From positions 40,044-104,043 of the forward strand of contig JBKPOC010000087.1 in assembly GCA_046732935.1 (NCBI GenBank): a stretch of DNA of 64,000 nucleotides, in the 5' to 3' direction. Below the pieces are notes generated by a model. The model had not been told where the DNA came from and ran no database searches. It worked only from the letters and a program-made list of their open reading frames with translations. Source of the stretch: Acidobacteriota bacterium (GTDB lineage: Bacteria > Acidobacteriota > Blastocatellia > Pyrinomonadales > Pyrinomonadaceae). Both the position numbers and the translations under genes were made by a program. Shown here piece after piece: positions 38,253 to 46,457 of the stretch (position 1 is the stretch's first letter; each line of letters begins with the position of its first letter).

Positions 38253-38344
38253 CTTGGGACTTTGGTCTTAGGTCTTTGTCGAATAAGTCCAAAGGCCAAA
38301 GACTAAAGACCAAAGACCGAAGACCAAAGACCAAAGACCAAAAA
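38253..38344. repeat. Heptanucleotide tandem repeat arranged as an imperfect palindrome between convergent genes
   Basis: There are eight CCAAAGA-type heptads at 38289-38344 (CCAAAGG, CCAAAGA, CTAAAGA, CCAAAGA, CCGAAGA, CCAAAGA, CCAAAGA, CCAAAAA). Four inverse TCTTTGG-type heptads lie at 38253-38280. An 8-nt spacer separates the two blocks. Confidence 0.8.
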
Positions 38345-38364
38345 TATGAGAGCTTTACTCCGTT

Positions 38365-39768
38365 TCAGTAATTCGTAAACACCAACCGATTGGGCGACTC
38401 CTGTCCCGGGTTTCTGATTACACCGGACGTAGCATTGCCGACGATGGCTGAACGGACCGTAGCCGGCGTCGCAGTCCGATGGTTCTGAAGGTACAGCGCT
38501 ACGACGCCGGACACGTGCGGCGCCGCCATCGACGTGCCGGATGCGGTCGCGATCATCAAGTCGTTGCCGATCCACGCCGAGGTGATACCGACGCCCGGCG
38601 CGAAAAGATCCAGCACGGAGCCGTAGTTGGAAAACTCTGCGCGAGAATCAAACTTATCCGTGGCCCCGACGGTTATCGCCTCAGCGACACCGGCCGGAGA
38701 ATAAGTCGCCGCGTTCGCGTTTCCATTGCCCGCGGCGACGATGTAAGTCACACCGGCTCGGATTGAATTCCGCACTGCCGCATCCGTGGCGCTGTTAGTA
38801 CTTCCGCCGAGACTGACGTTGGCCAGCGCCGGCGTGCCCTGTTGTTCCGGCTGCGAGTGGTGCCACGTCACGAAGTTGATTCCCTCGATGACGTCCGACC
38901 ACGAGCCCGTGCCCTGGCAGTCGAGCACGCGCACACCGTACAAGCGCACCTTCTTAGCGACGCCGAAGGTACGGCCGCCGATAGTGCCGGCTACGTGCGA
39001 GCCATGCCCGTCGCAGTCGATGCCGCCCGTTTCACTGTTGACTGCGTCGTAGATCGGGAAGGCGCGCCCGTTGAATTCCCAGTGCGTAGGGAGAATGCCG
39101 GTATCGATGACATAGGCGTTCACGCCCGTACCATCGTTGAGATATGAATAGAGTTGGTTAAGCGGCAGGTAATGCTGATCGATCCGATCGAGCCCCCATG
39201 ACGCGTTCGGCTGCGGGTTCAGATCCACGTTCGGATCCGGGGTCATGACGATCGGGTCCGTATCCGGCGTACCAACTGCAACCGCGCCATCCTGTTGAAC
39301 GAACGCGACGCGTGAGTCGCCGCTCATCGCTATTGCCTGCGCTTCAGTAGAGTTCAGTCGAAAGCCCTTGACGGCCACGCTCCAGGTGTCGCTGAAAGTA
39401 CCGCCGTAAGTCGACGTCAGATCGGACGCTGTCGCAACTACCACCGGATCAGTTGGAACCGGTCCAGCAACAAAGGCGGTCGAACTCGAATCGACAGCCG
39501 CCATGGACATCGATTCGACTGCCATCGCGGTCTCGGGAGAAGTCTTAGCGCTCGCCGAAGCGACCTTCGGACTTGCTGCCACAGGTGTCGGCGCCGGATC
39601 CGCGACCGGACTCAGGTTTGTGGTCGCCAGCACGACGATATAGCGGTTGGGTATAGGATTGGGGACTGTAAAGTATTTGGTCGATGCGGCTGCGGTGTGG
39701 CTTTCAAAACGAAAAGGTGTCAGATATAAACAAGCTGCTGCGAGCAGCAGGGCAAGCGTCTTCCTCAT
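38365..39768 (-). CDS. Secreted subtilisin-like serine protease (peptidase S8, proteinase K-like) with an N-terminal propeptide
   Basis: Catalytic triad motifs AYVIDTGI, HGSHVAGTIGG and SGTSMAAPHVSG. Signal peptide MRKTLALLLAAACLY. Start trimmed to the ATG at 39768 behind AGGAGAG. Confidence 0.9.
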   Translation of the reverse strand: MRKTLALLLAAACLYLTPFRFESHTAAASTKYFTVPNPIPNRYIVVLATTNLSPVADPAPTPVAASPKVASASAKTSPETAMAVESMSMAAVDSSSTAFVAGPVPTDPVVVATASDLTSTYGGTFSDTWSVAVKGFRLNSTEAQAIAMSGDSRVAFVQQDGAVAVGTPDTDPIVMTPDPNVDLNPQPNASWGLDRIDQHYLPLNQLYSYLNDGTGVNAYVIDTGILPTHWEFNGRAFPIYDAVNSETGGIDCDGHGSHVAGTIGGRTFGVAKKVRLYGVRVLDCQGTGSWSDVIEGINFVTWHHSQPEQQGTPALANVSLGGSTNSATDAAVRNSIRAGVTYIVAAGNGNANAATYSPAGVAEAITVGATDKFDSRAEFSNYGSVLDLFAPGVGITSAWIGNDLMIATASGTSMAAPHVSGVVALYLQNHRTATPATVRSAIVGNATSGVIRNPGQESPNRLVFTNY

Positions 39769-39903
39769 TGAGTCTCTCCTAAAATCAGGGTTCTGAGCCG
39801 TGAGGACGGATTTATCGGGAGTGGCCCATCTTACCACACACTCGAAACAGCAAATTCAATCCGCGTTCCGTTCATCGGTGAATAACATGGGATTTTTGAA
39901 TCC

Positions 39904-39950
39904 AGCGTGGCATTTTCGGAATCGATCTAAAATTCCCAAAATGCCACGCT
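39904..39950. promoter_or_regulatory. 19-bp operator-like inverted repeat in a divergent promoter region
   Basis: AGCGTGGCATTTTCGGAAT (39904-39922) and ATTCCCAAAATGCCACGCT (39932-39950) are reverse complements at 18 of 19 positions, with a 9-nt spacer. The site lies between the divergent S8 protease gene and the 40024 gene. Confidence 0.5.
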
Positions 39951-40023
39951 ACTCGCGCGAGGGGTGCGTTCAAATGTGCGCCCGGTATACAACCGGTGTC
40001 CGCTTCGAGGCAGGAGCGCAGCG

Positions 40024-42021
40024 GTGAACAGAGTATCCACAGAAGAGGTACTGAATAAGGCATACCGTCTCGCCTACTTTCTCCATCAAGACAAAGGTAT
40101 GGCGATCCGGATCGTAGCGGCTGCCACGCTCAAGTTGAATGTCGCGATGGCAGTTCAGAGTAAGCGGCTGTACTACATCCCAGTCGGGAGGTTTTCGCGC
40201 GGAGAGTTGCGTCGCACAAACGGCATCCGCAACAAAGCCCTGTTCAGCGATCTCCACTTGCTCCAGCGCCTCGTCTATGGTGAATCCGAACCTTATGAAC
40301 GCCAGAAGGAGCTTGCAGCCCAGGCAGGGCCGCCAGGCGTTCGCGCTAACGGCGACCCAGTCAGTGAGGACGATCTCCTCGTTTACTTCATCAAGCACCT
40401 GGTGAGAATTACGACAAAGCGGAACGCCTTTTACGTCACGCTTGGCGTCAGCCGCCTCCTACACAACTACAGCACGCTTGAAACGATGGAAGTCTACAAC
40501 GCCGTGATCGGCGAGCCCGAGCGAGTGAAGGACGACTATTACTATCGCTCGCGTAAAGCCGTCTTGATGCACGAGATGTACGAGCGTTTCGGTCAGTTGA
40601 TCCGGGCCAGTCGCCAGCGGCGCGGTGAAGAGAGGTTCGAGACCCAGCAGAGCTCGAACGAACAACGATCGCTCGTGAGACAGTGCCTGCGACTGTTCAC
40701 GCCGTGGGACACGCAATGTCCCGTGCCGCCTGATTTCGATCCGTTCAAGACCGTGATCGCCCGGCTGACGTCGAAGAGTGGCGACGACGAGAACAGAATC
40801 GAAGTCAACCGTATCCACGCCGTCTTGCACCCGGATTGTTTCGCGAAGTTAGTCGCCGCTTTCGGCTATAGCCCACCCGAGGAGCGTATGGAGTTGCCCC
40901 GATTTTTCCTGAACCAAACAGACAATCAATCTCCCCCGCGGCAGCGTAGTGCGCCGGCGGATCTGAGCGCGGAAGAACTCGCCGAGATCAACCACATGCT
41001 TGCCGAACAGGCGGGACGCCGGCGTCGTTCGCCGCCCAGCGCCGTCGTGCGCATCATGGTCGACGGCGTAGAACGCGGCCGGTTTAATCCGGCGGAGCAG
41101 TCGAGCCTTAGCTTTACGGCTCAAGCAGACGCAGAAACGATTGAAGTGAAGACGACCGACACGAGCGGCGATCTGCTGCTCGCGACGCACCTGATGAGTA
41201 GCTCCGCGGAAGAGGCGCACGATGGGGCGCCGATCGTTTATTCGATCCGGTTGGAAGGCGGTCAGGAGTTGTCGCTCAGCATCGCGAGGAGATCGCATGA
41301 CGGCGCTGCTGACCTGCTGATCCAGTTTGGTTACCAGGAAACGGATCTGCGTCGAGCCGCGCGTTTGTGGTGGGAACGGTTCAGTCTTCGCGGCGCCATC
41401 CTGTCGCCACGATATGTCGTCGTTGCTATGGTCGTGATTATTTCGGTGGTGAGCTATCTCGCGTACGTGAGACTGACAAACCGGCCGCCGGAGATTAGTG
41501 CGGTGCAGACGATTCCGGCTGCTCAAGATCCGCCCGCGGATCCACCGAATTCGAAAGTCACCTCGCCAACACCGACGCGGCCGCCGCGATCCAAAGTTGA
41601 AAGATCAACCGCAGTAAAGGCGCCCGTTGTCAAAGAAGTTCCGGTGCAAGCAGGCGAAGAGGAAGCTGCTACCCGCAGTGCCAGTGCAGTCGCCGCCGGT
41701 GTGAAACTCCCGGAAGTAAAGAAGATCTACATCGACCTGCGCGCCGACGATCTACGACATGATTTGTTACAACGCTTGAGTTCGAGCGGCGTCGTATCGG
41801 CAACGACCAACGCAGACGACGCGGATGCGTCTCTTAAAATCGTCTTGTCGCAGAAAGGTGACTCGCAGATAGAAGCGTCGGCACGTCTAGTCAACGCGCG
41901 TGGAGTGGTGCTGTGGCCCAAGACCGGCGCGCGACGTTATTCCGGCGACGCGTCGAAGGTGCTGTCCGAGGTAGTCAAAGACTTGACCGCCGCCATCAAC
42001 GCTGCGCGCTCGGAACGTTAG
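40024..42021 (+). CDS. Hypothetical single-pass membrane protein
   Basis: Start set to the GTG at 40024 behind AGGAG. One TM helix (YVVVAMVVIISVVSYLAYV) is followed by a Pro-rich linker and a small C-terminal domain. No family recognised. Confidence 0.55.
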   Translation: MNRVSTEEVLNKAYRLAYFLHQDKGMAIRIVAAATLKLNVAMAVQSKRLYYIPVGRFSRGELRRTNGIRNKALFSDLHLLQRLVYGESEPYERQKELAAQAGPPGVRANGDPVSEDDLLVYFIKHLVRITTKRNAFYVTLGVSRLLHNYSTLETMEVYNAVIGEPERVKDDYYYRSRKAVLMHEMYERFGQLIRASRQRRGEERFETQQSSNEQRSLVRQCLRLFTPWDTQCPVPPDFDPFKTVIARLTSKSGDDENRIEVNRIHAVLHPDCFAKLVAAFGYSPPEERMELPRFFLNQTDNQSPPRQRSAPADLSAEELAEINHMLAEQAGRRRRSPPSAVVRIMVDGVERGRFNPAEQSSLSFTAQADAETIEVKTTDTSGDLLLATHLMSSSAEEAHDGAPIVYSIRLEGGQELSLSIARRSHDGAADLLIQFGYQETDLRRAARLWWERFSLRGAILSPRYVVVAMVVIISVVSYLAYVRLTNRPPEISAVQTIPAAQDPPADPPNSKVTSPTPTRPPRSKVERSTAVKAPVVKEVPVQAGEEEAATRSASAVAAGVKLPEVKKIYIDLRADDLRHDLLQRLSSSGVVSATTNADDADASLKIVLSQKGDSQIEASARLVNARGVVLWPKTGARRYSGDASKVLSEVVKDLTAAINAARSER

Positions 42022-42032
42022 TGAAGAGTGTG

Positions 42033-42446
42033 TTACGGCAAAATTTCAAACGCGCTGCAATGCTTCGGACGGATCAATTGGAAGTCACGACGATCAAGTG
42101 TCAGAACGCGTGTGATGTTTAGACGTTCCGCTATGGCGACGATCAGAGTGTCGACAAAATCGAGCTTGGCGTCGGAATATTGCCGAAGAATCGCGGCGGA
42201 GCGTGAGTAATCTTCTTGACGAGGAATCTCGAGAGTTAGTTCGGTCGTCGCGAGGCTCGCGATGAACTCCGCAGCGGCTTCGTTGTTGATGTCGCGTGCC
42301 AGGAGGTACGCAACTTCGGTAATAGCAGGGACGGGTAGAACAATCGGTTCGCGAATCGTTTCCAGAACGCGAATTGAAGCTTGGTGTTCTGATTCCAAGG
42401 CATTGAGCGAGGCAAACAGAAATCCAGAGTCGAGCAGAACCGCCAT
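42033..42446 (-). CDS. vapC: PIN-domain ribonuclease toxin (VapC-like)
   Basis: The four acidic PIN positions are visible in order: AVLLDSGF, ITEVAYLL, DFVDTLIVAIAE and TLDRRDF. The gene starts 2 nt after the upstream small gene. Confidence 0.8.
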   Translation of the reverse strand: MAVLLDSGFLFASLNALESEHQASIRVLETIREPIVLPVPAITEVAYLLARDINNEAAAEFIASLATTELTLEIPRQEDYSRSAAILRQYSDAKLDFVDTLIVAIAERLNITRVLTLDRRDFQLIRPKHCSAFEILP

Positions 42447-42448
42447 TT

Positions 42449-42712
42449 CTAATTCGTCGTCAACCCACTATGCTTATCGACCTCGGCGCGAAGGATCTCA
42501 TCGGCGCGGGCAGCACTGTTACCTGGTCCTCCTGAGTATCGACCCGCCATCGACAACAACCACTTGGCAGCCGGTGAAGGTTGATCTGGATTTTTAGATG
42601 GGGCTGCGGCCCCTCCCTCTTCGGGCAGGCTTTCTTGAAGCAGTCGAAGCACTCGGCGACGTTCGTCGATTGGTAACTTGAGCAGCTCTTCAATTTTTTC
42701 TTTCTGGATCAT
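42449..42712 (-). CDS. Putative addiction-module antitoxin component
   Basis: MIQKEKIEELLKLPIDERRRVLRLLQESL resembles the 'putative addiction module component' N-terminal helix. It sits immediately upstream of the PIN gene. Start trimmed to the ATG at 42712. Confidence 0.55.
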   Translation of the reverse strand: MIQKEKIEELLKLPIDERRRVLRLLQESLPEEGGAAAPSKNPDQPSPAAKWLLSMAGRYSGGPGNSAARADEILRAEVDKHSGLTTN

Positions 42713-42793
42713 GGCAGTCGATATTTTACCTGACTCAGACGTTGATGAATAGATCGCCAATCTTTAATGTCGTGTGAGGCACCCGGCTGAACA

Positions 42794-45700
42794 TTACTTC
42801 GGTTCGCCCTGGAGGACGAAAGCGGCCCAGTAGTAGGGCGCCTGCCAACGCCCATCACGCCAGATTGCGATCTGTGCTGCCCGCAATGCGGCGGCGGCGT
42901 TTGGGTGTTTCGGTCCGAGAAGCCCGCGGTAGAAATCCGACATCAAGCGCGCGGTCGCTAAATCCTGTACGTCCCAAAGGCTAACAACGACGCGCTTCGA
43001 ACCTGCGTACATGAACCCGCGCGTCATGCCGTACAGACCTTCGCCCTTCACTTCCTTGCCAAGTCCCGTGCGGCAACCGCTCAACACCACTAACTCGGCG
43101 CCGAGTTTCAGGTTGAAGACTTCATGCGCGCGCAAGTAACCCTCTTGCGGACGGCCCTGACGGTCCAACATCGAGAGCGCGATGCCGGAAAGTTCCGGGT
43201 GTGTGCTGTCAAGAAAACTATGCGTCGCGAAATGAATGATGCGGTACTTGTTCAGGTCGTCGCTCATCGCCGCCGCGCGATTCGCGTCAAAGCCGAGCGC
43301 GGCCTTACGCGCATTCGGAGGAGCGAGCGCGAGGATCGCCTCTGCTTCCTGGCGCGTATACGGGAGTCGAAGTAAAGCCGGCGCTCCATCCGAAGATGTC
43401 TCTTGTTCTTCGATGGCACGCGTCTGTGCGGCACTCGCGGCGCGATTCACGCTGGCACCGCGGCTCGACGATTCGCCACTAATCCGTTCATCAGTCTTAT
43501 CGAAAACAGGATCGGCAAAAACTGCGACGACTTTTTCAGCCGGTTCACGGCCGTACAACTCGCGCCGGAGTACGGCAAGCGTTGACGCCGACGGAATGCT
43601 CGTCACTTCATGCTCGACGATCAGCGGCACGAACGGCGCAGCACTCGCGCGAGCGCCGCGCGCGCCCTGCGGATGCGCTGTCGCAGTCTGGCCTGGCACC
43701 GCCAGCGCAGCGAACGGCACATACTCCAATGCGCCGTCGGGCACGATAAGCAAACGCTTTCGTCCTAACTGTGCCGCAACTGGACCAAGCAGCATTTGAC
43801 TCAAAGCCGCCGCTGCCAGTGGGTACTCAGCGTCCGCCCGTTGGACGCGCTGCCGCTTCTCATCAGCCGTTTCAAACTTCACGGGGAGATTGCGAGCGGT
43901 CAAGAGATCGTAGCAGCGCCGGGCCGCAGCTTCGATCGTTTCGCGCGGCGGCAGTTCGTAACTCGAAAACGAAGTCGGCGTCACCGCCCATAGGTAACTG
44001 CGCTTTTCGCCGAGCGAGTATTCCAACAGCAACGTCGCATCGTCCGTGACTGTCGTCTGGATCTCTTTTAGCTCGAGCGGCTCAGGCTGCGTCAGCGCTG
44101 TGTAGCGCGGACTATGCGCTTTCAACTCGGCCTCGACCGTCTGGAGCTGCGTCAACAGTCCTTCGATCCTGCGCCGCACCGCGGTCGCCGCTTCCTCCGG
44201 GTGCTGACCGCCGAATAAGCGCATCTGTCGATCTGCTTCGACGTTCAGCATGTCTTGCAGCGAGCGCTCGCGCGCGAGCAGATCCGGATCTACTCCCTGA
44301 CGCACATCGGCGCTGGCTTCCGCCAACATGTCGATCAGGCTTCGCGCACGCGCCTGTTCGTAAGTCTTCAAGGCGGCGACGTCAAACCCGGCTGTCGGTT
44401 GACTGCGGTGGAGTCGCATCAGCAGATCAATGTGCAACTTGTAGACGTCTTGGACCGAGGCGAAGTAGGAGGCGCGGAGATCTCGACTGAGGACCTTGGT
44501 ACGGAGTGTCTTGATAAGGTCCAACGCGGCTTCGGTGTTTTCGCGAGCGCGAGAAACGTCGTCAGTGTCGGATTGCGCGCGCGCTATTCCGTAAAGCGCG
44601 GCGACTTCACCGTTTTGATCTCCCACTGCACGCCAGATCGGCAGCGCCTTTTCATAATATTCCAATGCCTTCCGCGGCTTCTGCCACAAGTCATACGCGC
44701 GTCCGAGATGGTTGAGCGTGATCGCCTCGCCCTGACGGTCACTCGCGGCTATTCTCAACTTCAACGCGCGCTCCAGATAGTCGACAGCCTCTTCGTGCTT
44801 TCCCAAAGAACTGTAGGCAGCTCCCGTGTGCGTGAGTGCACCAGACTCTTGCTTCGGGTCGCCGCTCTCGCGCGCGGGCGCGAGCGCTTGTTGGAGGTAT
44901 TCGAGCGCCTTCTGCGGATTTCCGGAAAGGTTGTAAACGTATCCCGTGTTGGTGAGGATCGCGGCTTCGAGCCGGCGATCTTTTATCGCTCGCGCGACCG
45001 GAAGCGCTTGGTCTAAGTAGTAAAGGGCTTTCTCTCGTTCAGCAACAAGGTTGTAGACCGTGCCCATGTTGTTGAGAAGTGTCGCTTCATTCCGGCGGTC
45101 ACCGAGAGCACGCCACAACGGGAGCGCTCGCCCGTAATAGTCGAGCGTCTTTTGCCCCTCGCCTAAGACTCTGTAGGCCGAACCGATCTGTTGCAACGTT
45201 CTTGCTTCGCCGCTTTGATCTCCCACTTCACGCATCACGGGAAGCGCATGGCCATAAGAGTCAATGGCCTTGCGCGACTGGCCCATCGCGTTGTAAGCGC
45301 TGCCGTTGAGCGTGAGTGTGATCGCTTCTAAATGACGATCGCCGATGGCGCGCCACACAGCCAGTGCCTGATCGAGATACTCGAGCGCTTTCTGTTGTTC
45401 GCCGAGAACGCTATAGATCGAGCCGATGTTGGTGAGCGTCATGGCTTCTCCGCGCCGGTCGCCGGCCTCGCGCATCAGACGCAACGCTTCTCCGTATTGC
45501 TCGATCGCTTTGCGGCGGGAGTCGCCTGTTCTTGCGTCCTGGAGTTTGGCGCCGGCGAAGTAGGAACGCTCCGCTGCGACGCGCGTGCGGTCTGCCGCGA
45601 TCGCAGTCCTCACGTCTTCGAGCCGTATCTCGTATCGTCCCGCTGATGCATCTTTCTCGTACGGGCTTACGTTCAGGCGATATGTGCCGCTGGATTCCGC

Positions 45701-45991
45701 CACCAGCGAAACCACTTCCAGTCCGCGTGTGCCGCTAAGGTTATTGTCTGCTTTGAGGAGGGGTTGTCCGTCCGGGCCGAACAACGTCAGGACTACATCG
45801 ATGCCCTTCTGTTCCACCACTATGCGCGCATACTGGCCGGCGTTGAGTGTTACTTGATACGCGTGCTCTTCGCCGCCGCGCATCTCGCGCGAGAGCGGTA
45901 AGCTAACGGAGATGCGGAGTGGCTCTTGGGTGTAGGCCGTCGCGACCAGCAGCAGGAGGCAAGCGACGCATCGCGCCGCAGCTTTAGACAC
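42794..45991 (-). CDS. Secreted TPR-repeat CHAT-domain (caspase-like) protein with an N-terminal PPC-like beta-sandwich
   Basis: About 12 tandem TPR units of the form GDRxGEAxTLxNIGxxY...ALxYYxQAL. CHAT hallmarks IIHFATHSF, LVVLSGCRTG and PYYWAAFVLQG. The 5' 360 nt of the tracked ORF run through a perfect palindrome and look non-coding. A likely start is the GTG at 45991, which gives the signal peptide (V)SKAAARCVACLLLLVATAYT. Confidence 0.75.
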   Translation of the reverse strand: MSKAAARCVACLLLLVATAYTQEPLRISVSLPLSREMRGGEEHAYQVTLNAGQYARIVVEQKGIDVVLTLFGPDGQPLLKADNNLSGTRGLEVVSLVAESSGTYRLNVSPYEKDASAGRYEIRLEDVRTAIAADRTRVAAERSYFAGAKLQDARTGDSRRKAIEQYGEALRLMREAGDRRGEAMTLTNIGSIYSVLGEQQKALEYLDQALAVWRAIGDRHLEAITLTLNGSAYNAMGQSRKAIDSYGHALPVMREVGDQSGEARTLQQIGSAYRVLGEGQKTLDYYGRALPLWRALGDRRNEATLLNNMGTVYNLVAEREKALYYLDQALPVARAIKDRRLEAAILTNTGYVYNLSGNPQKALEYLQQALAPARESGDPKQESGALTHTGAAYSSLGKHEEAVDYLERALKLRIAASDRQGEAITLNHLGRAYDLWQKPRKALEYYEKALPIWRAVGDQNGEVAALYGIARAQSDTDDVSRARENTEAALDLIKTLRTKVLSRDLRASYFASVQDVYKLHIDLLMRLHRSQPTAGFDVAALKTYEQARARSLIDMLAEASADVRQGVDPDLLARERSLQDMLNVEADRQMRLFGGQHPEEAATAVRRRIEGLLTQLQTVEAELKAHSPRYTALTQPEPLELKEIQTTVTDDATLLLEYSLGEKRSYLWAVTPTSFSSYELPPRETIEAAARRCYDLLTARNLPVKFETADEKRQRVQRADAEYPLAAAALSQMLLGPVAAQLGRKRLLIVPDGALEYVPFAALAVPGQTATAHPQGARGARASAAPFVPLIVEHEVTSIPSASTLAVLRRELYGREPAEKVVAVFADPVFDKTDERISGESSSRGASVNRAASAAQTRAIEEQETSSDGAPALLRLPYTRQEAEAILALAPPNARKAALGFDANRAAAMSDDLNKYRIIHFATHSFLDSTHPELSGIALSMLDRQGRPQEGYLRAHEVFNLKLGAELVVLSGCRTGLGKEVKGEGLYGMTRGFMYAGSKRVVVSLWDVQDLATARLMSDFYRGLLGPKHPNAAAALRAAQIAIWRDGRWQAPYYWAAFVLQGEPK

Positions 45992-46047
45992 GAACCATCG
46001 AGGGAGCGATTGCGGCTTTGCCGCATGGCTCAGTCGCTCGGTGGTCT

Positions 46048-46238
46048 GCGGCTTCGCCGCCTGATGTGCGGCGTGGCTCTGCCTCGCCGTCGCCAGGACT
46101 AACAAGAATCGGGCTTCGCCCGCGGTCCGGGCTGTGCCCGAAGATTGGGCCGAAGGCCGAACGAGGGGCGCAGCCCCGATCAAAGGAATAAGTTTTCGGC
46201 GAGGCAGAGCCACGCCGCACATCAGGCGGCGAAGCCGC
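46048..46238. repeat. Perfect 42-bp inverted repeat pair flanking a 107-nt GC-rich spacer (MITE-like element or large RNA/DNA hairpin)
   Basis: GCGGCTTCGCCGCCTGATGTGCGGCGTGGCTCTGCCTCGCCG (46048-46089) is the exact reverse complement of 46197-46238. The same peptide, QSHAAHQAAKP, therefore appears in the ORF tracks of both strands. Confidence 0.85.
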
Positions 46239-46457
46239 TGATAACGGAGTGTCCCTGCAAGGCGGCGCAGCCGCTGAGAACTGTTCGTGCGTGCAAAGCC
46301 TCGCGCAGTCGATCTCGAACTGGACGATTTATGAAATTGAATTACTTCCTTCATACGGGGCTCCCGATTGTATTACATCGGGGCCGATAAAGGGGTTGTC
46401 GGCATCGCAGCCGGGAGCTGCGCGATGCCGACTCGAAGAGCGATTAGCGGATCGCTG

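Noticed and set aside
38253-38344. Considered whether the short tandem repeats could be a CRISPR array.
   Set aside because: The units are 7 nt with no spacers, so this is a microsatellite/palindrome and not a repeat-spacer array. No cas genes are in the window.
40849-41526. A 225-aa minus-strand ORF.
   Set aside because: It is antisense to the 40024-42021 gene and has an Arg-rich composition typical of off-frame GC-rich translation.
44255-45016. A 253-aa plus-strand ORF inside the second CHAT gene.
   Set aside because: It is antisense to the highly regular TPR array and has no motifs or Shine-Dalgarno. The same applies to 43236-43799.
45992-46354. The N-terminal 121 aa of the tracked 1186-aa CHAT ORF.
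   Set aside because: It runs straight through the perfect 42-bp palindrome, and the same peptide appears on both strands. It contains no signal peptide, whereas a good signal peptide follows the GTG at 45991.
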